Virus record (IMG/VR): IMGVR_UViG_3300027763_000037
Location: 47,922 to 111,921 of that record
From: a virus
Reading direction: 5' to 3' (one strand)
Length of the DNA: 64,000 nucleotides
This document shows positions 39,349 to 48,333 of the stretch, piece by piece. The stretch's first letter is position 1. Each line of letters begins with the position of its first letter. The notes under the pieces were generated by a model. It saw only the letters and a list, made by a program, of their open reading frames with translations, ran no database searches and had not been told where the DNA came from. The position numbers and the translations under genes were made by a program.

Positions 39349-41142
39349 TTACGCTACTAGTGTTCCGACAACAGTCACTGTTGAGGTGTTGTTGGCAGTT
39401 GTTACTAGAAGTTGTACATCTGTTCCTGAAATACCTGCTGAAATTGTTGATGCTGAACCATTAGTTCCAACAATTCCGTACTCAGTAATTGCAATATTGT
39501 CTGAAGTATCAAGTGTTAAAAGTACCTTTGAGATTTCAGTGTGTGTTCCGTAGGCAACCTTTACAAGGTATTCTGCTGAACGGTAGTCAGCCTTTGCAAA
39601 AGCATGTGCTACCTGAATTCCTGCTGTTGGTGCTGACAGTGTTGCTGCAACTTGCTTAGCAACCGAGTTTAACGCAACCGCTGTAAATGAACGAGTTGTT
39701 CCATCTACTGCAGCACGAGCACGAGCATCTGTAAAGTACTTGTTTGTACCTTCTGCAAGATCAGTTGTTGTAGAATCTGCTACACCATTTTCTGCTGATA
39801 TTACAAGACCGTTTTCATCACCTGTTATTGTAATGTTTGTCTTTGTAGCACCAACGATAAGTGCTGCTGCTGCAGTCTTAGCACGAGTTGTTGTAAAGTA
39901 TTGAGAAGTTCCTTCTGCAACATCAGATGTTGTAAGTGCATCAGCATAAGCCTTTGCATCTACTTCAGCCTGATCTGCATATGTCTGATAAGCAGTTGTA
40001 ATTGCTGTCTCACGAGTGTCTGTGTATGCCTTTGCATCTACTTCAGCCTGATCTGCATAGTTCTGGTAAGCAGTTGTGATTAAGCCTTCACGAGTGTCTG
40101 TGTATGCTTTAGCATCTGTCTCTGCGCCATCTGCATAACCTTGTGCTGCTGTATCAAGAGTTGAAATTTCTCCATCTACATAACCCTTTGTTGCTGCATG
40201 TAGATTTAATGTTGGTGCTCCTGACAATGTCAAGGCTCCAGTCATTGTATCTCCAGCCTTTGCTACTCTTCCAGCAACTGCGTTAGCAGCGTCAGTAGCA
40301 TAAGATGGGTTGTTAGCAATTGCTGCAGACAACTCATTCAATGTGTCAAGTAGTGCTGGTGCTGCTCCAACAAGATCAGAAACTTCCTGATCTGTGTAAG
40401 CCTTAGAATCTACAAGTGCCTGTGCTGCTGCACCCTTTGCATCATATGTTGTTGCAAGGTTAAGACCTGTTATTGCTGTATCTGTGTAAGTTTCTGATGT
40501 TGAAATTGCATCTGCTTCTGCTTGATCTGCGTAAGCCTGAGTTGCAAGAACATCTGCACCCCACTTAACAGAAGAACCTGCTGCTGGAGTAAGAACGATA
40601 TGAGAATCAGAATTGATTGTCATTGATCCTGCGCCAGTGAAGTTAAGTGTATCTCCAATAGTCTTATTTGTTAATGTTTGTGTGTCTGATGTTCCTACTA
40701 CGTTACCAGTTACACCGTGTGCAGAAGTATCAGATTCGTGATCTGCAAGATCTCCTGCTACAAGTCCTGCTTCTGTTGCTGCAGTTCCTGCTGCATCGTA
40801 TGCTGCTGCTGTAGCATCAAGTGCTCTTTGGTTTGTAAAGTACTTATTTGTTGCATTTTCTGCAAGGTCTGCAGTATCGTGGTTTGAAAGGCTTGATACT
40901 GTTCCTGTTACGTTACCAGTTAAATCTGCTGTAATTGTTCCTGCAGCAAAGTTACCATTAGCATCACGCTTTACAACCTTGTTTGCTTCGTTAGCAGATG
41001 TGGCTGTTCCGCCAATAAGACTAACAATGTAGTCTTGATCTGCTTGCTTCTTTGTAAGAACGTCAAAATTGTTAACTGTCGCTGTTGTACCTTCAACAAT
41101 GAGACCACTCTTAATTTTAAAATCTTTATTTACTGTTGCCAT
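39349..41142 (-). CDS. Fibre-like structural protein with internal repeats
   Basis: Three T-x-D-[LV]-AE-x-x-x-x-YFT repeats; APALLDTLNEL; duplicated ADQAEVDAKAY segment (DNA direct repeat near 39950 and 40028). Confidence 0.75.
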   Translation of the reverse strand: MATVNKDFKIKSGLIVEGTTATVNNFDVLTKKQADQDYIVSLIGGTATSANEANKVVKRDANGNFAAGTITADLTGNVTGTVSSLSNHDTADLAENATNKYFTNQRALDATAAAYDAAGTAATEAGLVAGDLADHESDTSAHGVTGNVVGTSDTQTLTNKTIGDTLNFTGAGSMTINSDSHIVLTPAAGSSVKWGADVLATQAYADQAEADAISTSETYTDTAITGLNLATTYDAKGAAAQALVDSKAYTDQEVSDLVGAAPALLDTLNELSAAIANNPSYATDAANAVAGRVAKAGDTMTGALTLSGAPTLNLHAATKGYVDGEISTLDTAAQGYADGAETDAKAYTDTREGLITTAYQNYADQAEVDAKAYTDTRETAITTAYQTYADQAEVDAKAYADALTTSDVAEGTSQYFTTTRAKTAAAALIVGATKTNITITGDENGLVISAENGVADSTTTDLAEGTNKYFTDARARAAVDGTTRSFTAVALNSVAKQVAATLSAPTAGIQVAHAFAKADYRSAEYLVKVAYGTHTEISKVLLTLDTSDNIAITEYGIVGTNGSASTISAGISGTDVQLLVTTANNTSTVTVVGTLVA

Positions 41143-41160
41143 TTTTTATATCTCCTTTTA

Positions 41161-41607
41161 TTATGCCTTAAGTCCCATACGAGCATATCGTACAGTGACT
41201 GGCTTGATCGCAGGATCTGGAGTGACTGTTAAGGCCACGGTATTTCCAGTGCGAGAGACATTAATGGTGCCAATATTCCCATCATTGTCGATTGTTCCAT
41301 ACTCGCTGACTGATACATTTGCACCGTCAACAAGAATACTTAGTTCAGTTGCGTAGAACTTATTGTCCCCTGCGGAGGTCTTTGATATTGAAACAATATA
41401 CTTAACCAAACGCCAAACTGTTGCATCAAAGTTATCAATAACAGTTACGTTCTCAATTCCATTGACTGTGTTTTCATTGTTACCCGCTGATCCCAAATCT
41501 GTTGACTGAGAAACAAGGGTATCGATTAAATCTACGTAATTTTCTTGAGTAGGTCTATCACCTGTTTGAAATAGACTCTTTACTCCTGGGACTGATATCT
41601 TTGCCAT
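41161..41607 (-). CDS. Structural protein paralogous to the C-terminal domain of 39349-41142
   Basis: RLVKYIVSI...VSEYGTI versus RSAEYLVKV...ITEYGIV. Confidence 0.6.
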   Translation of the reverse strand: MAKISVPGVKSLFQTGDRPTQENYVDLIDTLVSQSTDLGSAGNNENTVNGIENVTVIDNFDATVWRLVKYIVSISKTSAGDNKFYATELSILVDGANVSVSEYGTIDNDGNIGTINVSRTGNTVALTVTPDPAIKPVTVRYARMGLKA

Positions 41608-41628
41608 AGTGAGATTATAGCATGTATT

Positions 41629-41853
41629 TTAAAGTATATAGTTATTCAAACCAATTACAGCAATGCCAATTGGTGCTGGAGATGATGCGGAATAGCCTGG
41701 AATCTGAATGTTTGTTATACGTATTCTAAATGGTAATACTTCGTTAATCTTAACTATAGGGGAAGGCTTTGAAATCTTTATAGCCCCGTAAGTTACAGCA
41801 TTAATTGCTGAAACTTTTCTCTTAGTATTATTATTGATTATTGAAGTAGCCAT
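41629..41853 (-). CDS. Hypothetical protein
   Basis: Start coupled to the upstream stop; ends APIGIAVIGLNNYIL. Confidence 0.55.
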   Translation of the reverse strand: MATSIINNNTKRKVSAINAVTYGAIKISKPSPIVKINEVLPFRIRITNIQIPGYSASSPAPIGIAVIGLNNYIL

Positions 41854-42260
41854 TAATCAGTTACATCTTCAATAACAATTACGCTACCCTGGCAAACTGT
41901 CCAAACAGTCTCATTCCCTGGGGCAGACAACTGAATATCAAATATGTCTCCAGTCTGCAATGTTAAAGATTGTGTTGCTGATAAAAATACTGTAAATTCT
42001 CCTGGAAGGTCGTCTGGATCTGCAGCGGGACTTAGAGTCATAACAACCGAAGCATCGTCACTAATAAGTGCTGGAGTGGTATTGGGTCTTTTAATTTTCA
42101 TAGCAATTGCCCAGTCTGGAACATTTAAAGGTGCTTCCAAATCATCCGTTACATAAACTTTAAATGAGGCAGTGTCCCCACGGACAAATGTCCAAGTAAC
42201 CTGTGGTGGCTTTGAGCCAACATCGTACTGAGATTTTTGAGAATTTCTGCTTGTTGCCAT
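41853..42260 (-). CDS. Ig-like/BppU-like structural protein, paralog A
   Basis: VRGDT...FDIQL...G-x-V-x-V-x-EDVT pattern shared with 49388-49798 and 50658-51035. Confidence 0.6.
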   Translation of the reverse strand: MATSRNSQKSQYDVGSKPPQVTWTFVRGDTASFKVYVTDDLEAPLNVPDWAIAMKIKRPNTTPALISDDASVVMTLSPAADPDDLPGEFTVFLSATQSLTLQTGDIFDIQLSAPGNETVWTVCQGSVIVIEDVTD

Positions 42261-42287
42261 TTTTAAATTATACCACGAATCTTTAGT

Positions 42288-43238
42288 TTATACCCAGTCT
42301 TTTGGAAACTCTGTGAAGTCATCATAGCCTATAAATCTAAAAGCATCTGACTTTTTAGAACAAAACATCTCTCTTTGAATATAGGCAGTAAAAGTGCTTC
42401 TAGGGGTTCCAATAAAATCCTTTGACTGACACATTACTAATAATCCAATCAGACCAAAAACAATTTCTGACTGACTAGGTAAAGCCAAAAACTCATTTGA
42501 AAAATTATCTACAATGTAGTCATCTAAAAATACAATATCTTTATTTTTAAATATTTCATTGTTTACATCATCTGTTAATACTACAGTTTTTAAATCATTA
42601 TTTTTAAGCGCTTTATCAAAATCTTTCTCTGAAAAACTAAATGTTCTTTCTGCATGATCTGTAAGCCTTACGTGCATGCCACGAAATTCTCCAAGACTCT
42701 TAGCAACCTTGTTTGCTAAATCAACATACTCCTCTTTAAAAGTCACCTTTATCTTATTTAAAAATTCATCATCTTGATTGGCAAAAAAAGTTTCACGGTT
42801 GGCCAGGTTTGGACCAGACATATTATACGACTTGCCTTCTTCAAAAATTAATTCTTTTTTATTAAAATGCTCAGCCCCTACTTGAATTTCTTTATTAACA
42901 TTTGCATAATCTAAAAATAAGTTATCAGATATTTTAATTTCATCTTTAGAAAACTGATCTATTTTTCCAAAAGCAATATACTCCCAAACCAAAGATTTAT
43001 CAAAATCTATTAACTCAAAAAAGTTTACCATTTCTCTTTTAACAATTGAATCTCTTTTTCCAAAAACAACATTATCACTAATTGGAAAACTATCAAGCCA
43101 ATTTTGTTGCTTATCAAGTAAATTATAGATAACAAGTTTTTTCTTTGTTATACAAGAAAGACCAAGTCCTACTTCTAAACTAAACAGTCTGTTTGTTAGT
43201 CCTGCATGGTGCAATCTGTAAAATAAAAAGTTATCCAT
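42288..43238 (-). CDS. O-fucosyltransferase-like GT-B glycosyltransferase
   Basis: GLTNR, GMHVRLTD (H-x-R-x-x-D), LTDD and FIGTPRSTFT motifs, as in POFUT/GT23-type enzymes. Confidence 0.75.
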   Translation of the reverse strand: MDNFLFYRLHHAGLTNRLFSLEVGLGLSCITKKKLVIYNLLDKQQNWLDSFPISDNVVFGKRDSIVKREMVNFFELIDFDKSLVWEYIAFGKIDQFSKDEIKISDNLFLDYANVNKEIQVGAEHFNKKELIFEEGKSYNMSGPNLANRETFFANQDDEFLNKIKVTFKEEYVDLANKVAKSLGEFRGMHVRLTDHAERTFSFSEKDFDKALKNNDLKTVVLTDDVNNEIFKNKDIVFLDDYIVDNFSNEFLALPSQSEIVFGLIGLLVMCQSKDFIGTPRSTFTAYIQREMFCSKKSDAFRFIGYDDFTEFPKDWV

Positions 43239-44256
43239 TTTGTTTTTTTATCCATTCATATGTTTGTTTGATTCCATCTTTAAGAGACATTGAGTAATCC
43301 CAATCTAACTTTTCTCTAACTAAATCATTGTTAGAGTTTCTTCCTCTAACTCCAAGTGGGCCAGGAATATGCATTTTACTAAGAGTTTTACCTTCAATGC
43401 TACAAGCAATATCTACCAGTTGATTTATAGTAACCATTTCTTCAGAACCTATATTGACAGGACCAGTAAAATCTGACTCCATAAGTCTTCTTGTTGCTTC
43501 TATACATTCATCTATGTATAGGAATGATCGAGTTTGTTCTCCATCCCCCCAAATTTCTATAAATCCATCTGCTTGTATAACTTTTCGACACATTGCTGCA
43601 GGAGCCTTTTCTTTTCCACCATCCCAAGTTCCTTCTGGTCCATAAATATTATGATATCTTGCAATGGCTACTGGGATTTTATTATTTCTATTAAAGGCTA
43701 AAAACATTCTTTCGCTAAACAATTTTTCCCAGCCATACTCACTGTCAGGATCTGCAGGGTATGCATCAGACTCCTTAAGTCCAGGATTATTAACATCTAA
43801 CTGCTTATAGTCAGGATACATACATGCAGAACTTGAATAAAATATTTTAGTTTTATTTATATTATATTTTTCATTAAGCCTGGACTGTGCTCTTAACAAA
43901 TTAAGGTTTATCAGAGCAGAGTTTTCCATAATCTGAGAATCATTTAAACCAGTAAATATATATCCAGCCCCACCCATATCGGCAGCAAATTGATATACCT
44001 CATCAAAAGAAGTTATAGAGCGATAAGGAACTTCGTGATAAAAGTTTCCTTGATATCCTTTAAACTGAATAACTTTTTCAACATTTTCATATACGGATAA
44101 ATCTCTTTCAATAAACTCGTCTGCTTCTGTTTCTGAAAAGTCTGGATGTTTTAAATCAACACCACGAACCCAGTATCCTTCTGATTTTAATCTTTTAACC
44201 ATGTGGCTTCCAATGAAGCCTCCTGCACCAAAAACAAGTGCTGTTTTTTGTGTCAT
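43231..44256 (-). CDS. GDP-mannose 3',5'-epimerase-like NAD-dependent epimerase
   Basis: GAGGFIG, AADMGG, SSACMYP, YGWEK, EKAPAA and GVRGRNS motifs; start revised to the coupled ATG at 44256. Confidence 0.9.
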   Translation of the reverse strand: MTQKTALVFGAGGFIGSHMVKRLKSEGYWVRGVDLKHPDFSETEADEFIERDLSVYENVEKVIQFKGYQGNFYHEVPYRSITSFDEVYQFAADMGGAGYIFTGLNDSQIMENSALINLNLLRAQSRLNEKYNINKTKIFYSSSACMYPDYKQLDVNNPGLKESDAYPADPDSEYGWEKLFSERMFLAFNRNNKIPVAIARYHNIYGPEGTWDGGKEKAPAAMCRKVIQADGFIEIWGDGEQTRSFLYIDECIEATRRLMESDFTGPVNIGSEEMVTINQLVDIACSIEGKTLSKMHIPGPLGVRGRNSNNDLVREKLDWDYSMSLKDGIKQTYEWIKKQNG

Positions 44257-44798
44257 TATGCTAAACCGTTTTTCAGTGCTCCCCAAGTGCCATTTCCTTT
44301 TGCTTGAACAATAACTATTCCAGGATTTCCTTGGTGTGCAACAATACCTACTGCAACTCCAGAGTTTGCTGGTTTTGCTCCTGATGAGTCATTGGCCCCA
44401 GCAACTAATCCACCAGTTTGTCCAACGTAGAGAATAGACCCACTTGCAAATGTTGAAGTATTTAAACCTTCAAGAACTCCACCAACTACAACAACCCCGT
44501 TTGAATTATTTGCTATTGTTGTTTTTGATAAACCTAATAATGTTTGTGATGATGTTCCAGTTAGTCTTGTTATTAATGTTCTTTCTGATCCAGAACTATA
44601 GCCAGAAGCATATACTGGATCCCCCGCTAAAATAGAAGATCCAGTTTCATTTCTTACACTAATTTGAAAATATGAAAGTCCTAATGGAGGAAGAATCTCT
44701 TCTAATTTAGTTACTAAATCTTCAATATCTCCGTGTACATTAACGTTATCGCTTGCTAAAGGATAAGGTAAGCCGAGACCGTTTAATTTTGTTGCCAT
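44256..44798 (-). CDS. Structural/decoration-like protein
   Basis: LPYP...NVHGDIEDL anchor-like N-terminus; VRNETG...GDPVY...G-x-V-x-V-x-G capsid-cement-like pattern. Confidence 0.5.
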   Translation of the reverse strand: MATKLNGLGLPYPLASDNVNVHGDIEDLVTKLEEILPPLGLSYFQISVRNETGSSILAGDPVYASGYSSGSERTLITRLTGTSSQTLLGLSKTTIANNSNGVVVVGGVLEGLNTSTFASGSILYVGQTGGLVAGANDSSGAKPANSGVAVGIVAHQGNPGIVIVQAKGNGTWGALKNGLA

Positions 44799-44826
44799 AG
44801 TACTTTTATTATACCATTGTTCAGAG

Positions 44827-44856
44827 TTGACTTTTAGAGAAATATCATGATATACT
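44827..44856 (+). promoter_or_regulatory. Sigma70-type promoter for the transglycosylase gene
   Basis: TTGACT-N18-TATACT with extended TG; leader hairpin at 44862-44885. Confidence 0.65.
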
Positions 44857-44903
44857 AGGTAGTAACACCTACCAAGGTGTTATTGTTTTCTAAGGAGGAA
44901 ACT

Positions 44904-45467
44904 ATGATTAAATTTATCGAAAGAAACAAAGAGATCATTAGCACACTCAGTATCGTAGTACTAGTAACGGTTTTGTCAAACTCTGCTAATGCTATTTCAG
45001 ATCTTGATACAAAGAACAATCTTAGCCTGGAACAGGCTCAGACATCGGAAACCGCCTCGAAAGAGGTTTTTTTGGTTTCTAAGGCAAAAAAACTAGAGAG
45101 TTTTGAGAATAAGACATCTCTGACCGATATTGAACTAAAGGAACTTCTTTCTCTAGTAGGATTTAAGGGTAAAGACCTTGTGGTTGCTTGGGCGGTTGCT
45201 AAAAAAGAATCTAATGGACGACCATTGGCTTTTAATGGCAATCATAAGACTGGAGACTCATCTTATGGCATGTTTCAAATTAATATGATCGATTCCCTTG
45301 GTCCTGACCGTAGAGACAAGTTTGATCTTGATTCAAATGCAGAACTATTTAATCCCGTCAAGAATGCAGAGATTGCATACTACATGACAAATGGTGGAGA
45401 CGACTGGTCTTCTTGGAAAGGCATTACGCCAAAGACCAGAATGTGGATGAAGAAATTTCCTAAGTAG
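44904..45467 (+). CDS. Secreted or membrane-anchored lysozyme-like lytic transglycosylase
   Basis: AVAKKES (catalytic Glu), SYGMFQIN, LFNPVKNA and DWSSW motifs; N-terminal hydrophobic segment; SD AAGGAGG before ATG 44904. Confidence 0.85.
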   Translation: MIKFIERNKEIISTLSIVVLVTVLSNSANAISDLDTKNNLSLEQAQTSETASKEVFLVSKAKKLESFENKTSLTDIELKELLSLVGFKGKDLVVAWAVAKKESNGRPLAFNGNHKTGDSSYGMFQINMIDSLGPDRRDKFDLDSNAELFNPVKNAEIAYYMTNGGDDWSSWKGITPKTRMWMKKFPK

Positions 45468-45702
45468 GCCATTTGTTTGCTGGGCAGGTTGCATGCAAAA
45501 GTTTTGATTTAGCAGCCATAAAACATCCACACAACTTGCATTGCTTGGTTGGCAAAAGGTTTGGACAAGACTTGCATATCTCATATCTTTGGTCTGCAAC
45601 ATTTTTATGAGCATATTCCGTATTTGGTTTAATAAAATCCCACGGTCTTGTTTCTCCTAAGTTTTGTTTATATTTTTCCCAGGCTGAAAGTTCTTCACTC
45701 AT
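45460..45702 (-). CDS. Cys-rich small protein (DUF6171-like)
   Basis: R-x-x-ICKSC...CKLCGCFM...CP-x-x-KW pattern. Confidence 0.7.
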   Translation of the reverse strand: MSEELSAWEKYKQNLGETRPWDFIKPNTEYAHKNVADQRYEICKSCPNLLPTKQCKLCGCFMAAKSKLLHATCPANKWPT

Positions 45703-45934
45703 TTACCCATTCCGTTCTATATTCATTTAGTATAGACTCTGCAATAATATCATTAATAATAACAGAATATGAATTTCCTTCAAAAAAATATTTTAGTATA
45801 TGTGTTGCTTCTTTTTTTATATTTGGTTCAATTGTATATGTTGTATTTTCTCTATTTTTAAAAAAAGAAACTAAAACATTTTCTCCAGGTAGAGAAAGAA
45901 TTAAATTTTCTTTTTTATAAATATTTATTGTCAT
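45695..45934 (-). CDS. Hypothetical protein
   Basis: Co-oriented ORF whose stop overlaps the next gene. Confidence 0.45.
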   Translation of the reverse strand: MTINIYKKENLILSLPGENVLVSFFKNRENTTYTIEPNIKKEATHILKYFFEGNSYSVIINDIIAESILNEYRTEWVNE

Positions 45935-45964
45935 AGTACCAATTCTATCATATTACCGCAATCT

Positions 45965-47695
45965 TCAAGCCATACCTGGACAACACTCATTATTGTCAGG
46001 ATTAAATGCACCTGGGCATTGCTCTTCATTTGAAGCATAGTAACATCCTGGGCCATAACCTGATGGGGCAGGAGTAAACGAGAATGCTGGTGTAAATGTA
46101 AATGTAGCAGTAGGAGTAAATGTAAACACACCAAATGGTGAGAATCCAAATACATAGAAAGGTGTAAATGTAAATACTGAAAATGCTGGGACGGGTGTAA
46201 ATGTAAATACTGTAAATGCATCAATTAAATCTCCACAGCATTGCATTCCAACTCCTATTTGATAGTCATTAGGCCCTCCAAGATATTCTCTTCCTAATTC
46301 TGCACAAGTATAATTACTTGCCCTAGTGGTCATTCCAGGACATTGAGGTTTGGCTACTGGAGTAAATGTAAACACACTAAATGGTACAAATGAAAAAACT
46401 CCAAATGGTGTAAAAGTAAATGCTGGAGTACAGGCTTCATTTTCTTCCCAAGGTCCAGACCTTCCTGCTATATAAAATGCTTGACTATAACTTGAAGTAG
46501 TGCAGTCTGCATTAGTAGTGGTTACTGTTCTTGTTGTAGCATATCTTCTTCTTGAGTCTACGTTACAGTTTCCCCAATCGCCCCAATCATAGGTATAGGT
46601 AGTAGAAGAATTGCAGGTCACTAAACAATCTCTTTGCTCTCTCCAAGGACCTGAATTTCCTACTGTATAAAAATATTGAGTTCCAGTGCTGACAGAACAG
46701 TCTGCATTAACTGTAGAATAATCTCTATATGTTGCCCATCTAGACTGTGTTCCATTAGAGCATGTCTCCCATTCTCCCCAACCGTAAGTATATGTTGTTG
46801 CTACTGTACATCCTGCAGCAACGTAATTCCACATAGTTAAATTTACACTTGTTCCTGAAGCAACTGCAGTTCCTGATGATGGTGATTGGCTTTGTACTTT
46901 GCCACTATTAGCAGCAGTGCTTGTAGTTGTTCCTGTTGCAAAACTTCCAGTAACTAATCCTGCTGCTGTGATTGCACTTTGTGCTGCTGCAGATGTCATT
47001 CCTACAACATTTGGAACTGTTTTATCCAATATTGGTGGTGTGTCTGCATTTGTTTTTACCGTTCCTTGACCCAAAACAGATTGACCAGTTCTTCCTGGTC
47101 CAGGGTATACAAAAAGAGTTATATCATGGACATTATCTGGCGTAAGGCCAGTTGCAGTAACAGTTGTTGCGGTGGTGCCTTCTACAGAAAAGCCTGGTTC
47201 ATCATCTGAGAATCTTGGAACTACCATCAAGAAAAAAGAACCTTGTCCTGTTGACGTCCAACTAATTGTTGCTGTAGTTGTTCCAGTTGCAGTTCCTGAT
47301 ACGGTGCCAACTGTTGTACCTACTGGGGCAGGAGTAAATGTAAAAACAGTAAATGGAGTAAAAGAAAACACTGAAAATGGTACAAATGAAAACGTAACTG
47401 GTGTAAATGTAAATGGTGTAACTGGTGTAAATGTAAATACACTAAACGGAGTAAAAGAAAATATTCTATATGTAAAATCTATTGGGCTTTCATAATCAAT
47501 TAAAACTCCTGGAGTTTTTGCTTGAGTTGCTACAGTATTTGTTTTTGTATTATCTTCTTGTGTTATTGTAGATGCAACACCTACAGTCAAACCGTTGGTT
47601 TGAATTAGTGCTTCTGCTGCTTCTTTTGATATCTCAAGAATGTTTGGTACTGATACCATTCCTTTTGAAGCAGACCATTTGCTAATCCAACCCAT
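45965..47695 (-). CDS. PASTA + FN3-like + TSP1-like protein with FxFxP repeats
   Basis: Two PASTA domains (VPNIL...; VPNVVGMTSAAAQSAITAAGL...QSPSSGTAV); two WG[ED]WxxC repeats; 15 F-x-F-x-P units in three blocks; Cys-rich C-terminus. Confidence 0.8.
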   Translation of the reverse strand: MGWISKWSASKGMVSVPNILEISKEAAEALIQTNGLTVGVASTITQEDNTKTNTVATQAKTPGVLIDYESPIDFTYRIFSFTPFSVFTFTPVTPFTFTPVTFSFVPFSVFSFTPFTVFTFTPAPVGTTVGTVSGTATGTTTATISWTSTGQGSFFLMVVPRFSDDEPGFSVEGTTATTVTATGLTPDNVHDITLFVYPGPGRTGQSVLGQGTVKTNADTPPILDKTVPNVVGMTSAAAQSAITAAGLVTGSFATGTTTSTAANSGKVQSQSPSSGTAVASGTSVNLTMWNYVAAGCTVATTYTYGWGEWETCSNGTQSRWATYRDYSTVNADCSVSTGTQYFYTVGNSGPWREQRDCLVTCNSSTTYTYDWGDWGNCNVDSRRRYATTRTVTTTNADCTTSSYSQAFYIAGRSGPWEENEACTPAFTFTPFGVFSFVPFSVFTFTPVAKPQCPGMTTRASNYTCAELGREYLGGPNDYQIGVGMQCCGDLIDAFTVFTFTPVPAFSVFTFTPFYVFGFSPFGVFTFTPTATFTFTPAFSFTPAPSGYGPGCYYASNEEQCPGAFNPDNNECCPGMA

Positions 47696-47703
47696 AATTA
47701 GCC

Positions 47704-48333
47704 CTACGCTGTCAAATCGCCAATAAGAATCCAGGTATCGTTTTCAGTCTTTACTAGCGAACCACCAGAATATCTTGCAGCAATTTTCTTATTCATATTT
47801 TTACTTAAAATAGTAACACCGCTTGCTTCGCTAATTAAGACCCCACCGCTTCCATATCTAACTAAATCTACACGCTGACCAACTACAATAGGAACCGATG
47901 CATTGGTTGGTACTGTTATAACAACATCGTTATTTGATGTAATTTTTAAGGTTTTTCCAACATCTGCCAAACTTAATGTTTTGCTTGCAGTTACTGCAGT
48001 TAAATAAACAGAGTCAGAATATTCTCTCCAAGATCCATTATAATAATATTGAATCTGATTTATAATGTCTCCATTATCAGTTTGCTGAATAAAGCAAACA
48101 AGACCATTAACTGGATTTGTAATAATGTCATTTCGTGATGATGGATTTAAAAAGTTATTTACTCCACCTTTTGCACGTACAACAGTTTCATAAGTTGCTG
48201 AGTTCAAATATTTATGTGTTCCACTCCAAACATAGTTTGCAGTTGTGTTTGTACTTCCAGTTACTGGATACCATGTATCTAGTTCTGAATCGTATAGGTA
48301 TGCTAACTTACCTTCATCGCTAACTATTGACAT
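47704..48333 (-). CDS. Fibre adaptor-like protein with a C-terminal GDLTA domain
   Basis: C-terminal ~95 aa paralogous to 36861-38810 (ITVPTNA...YSGG...WIL-x-GDLTA); likely start at the coupled ATG 48333. Confidence 0.7.
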   Translation of the reverse strand: MSIVSDEGKLAYLYDSELDTWYPVTGSTNTTANYVWSGTHKYLNSATYETVVRAKGGVNNFLNPSSRNDIITNPVNGLVCFIQQTDNGDIINQIQYYYNGSWREYSDSVYLTAVTASKTLSLADVGKTLKITSNNDVVITVPTNASVPIVVGQRVDLVRYGSGGVLISEASGVTILSKNMNKKIAARYSGGSLVKTENDTWILIGDLTA

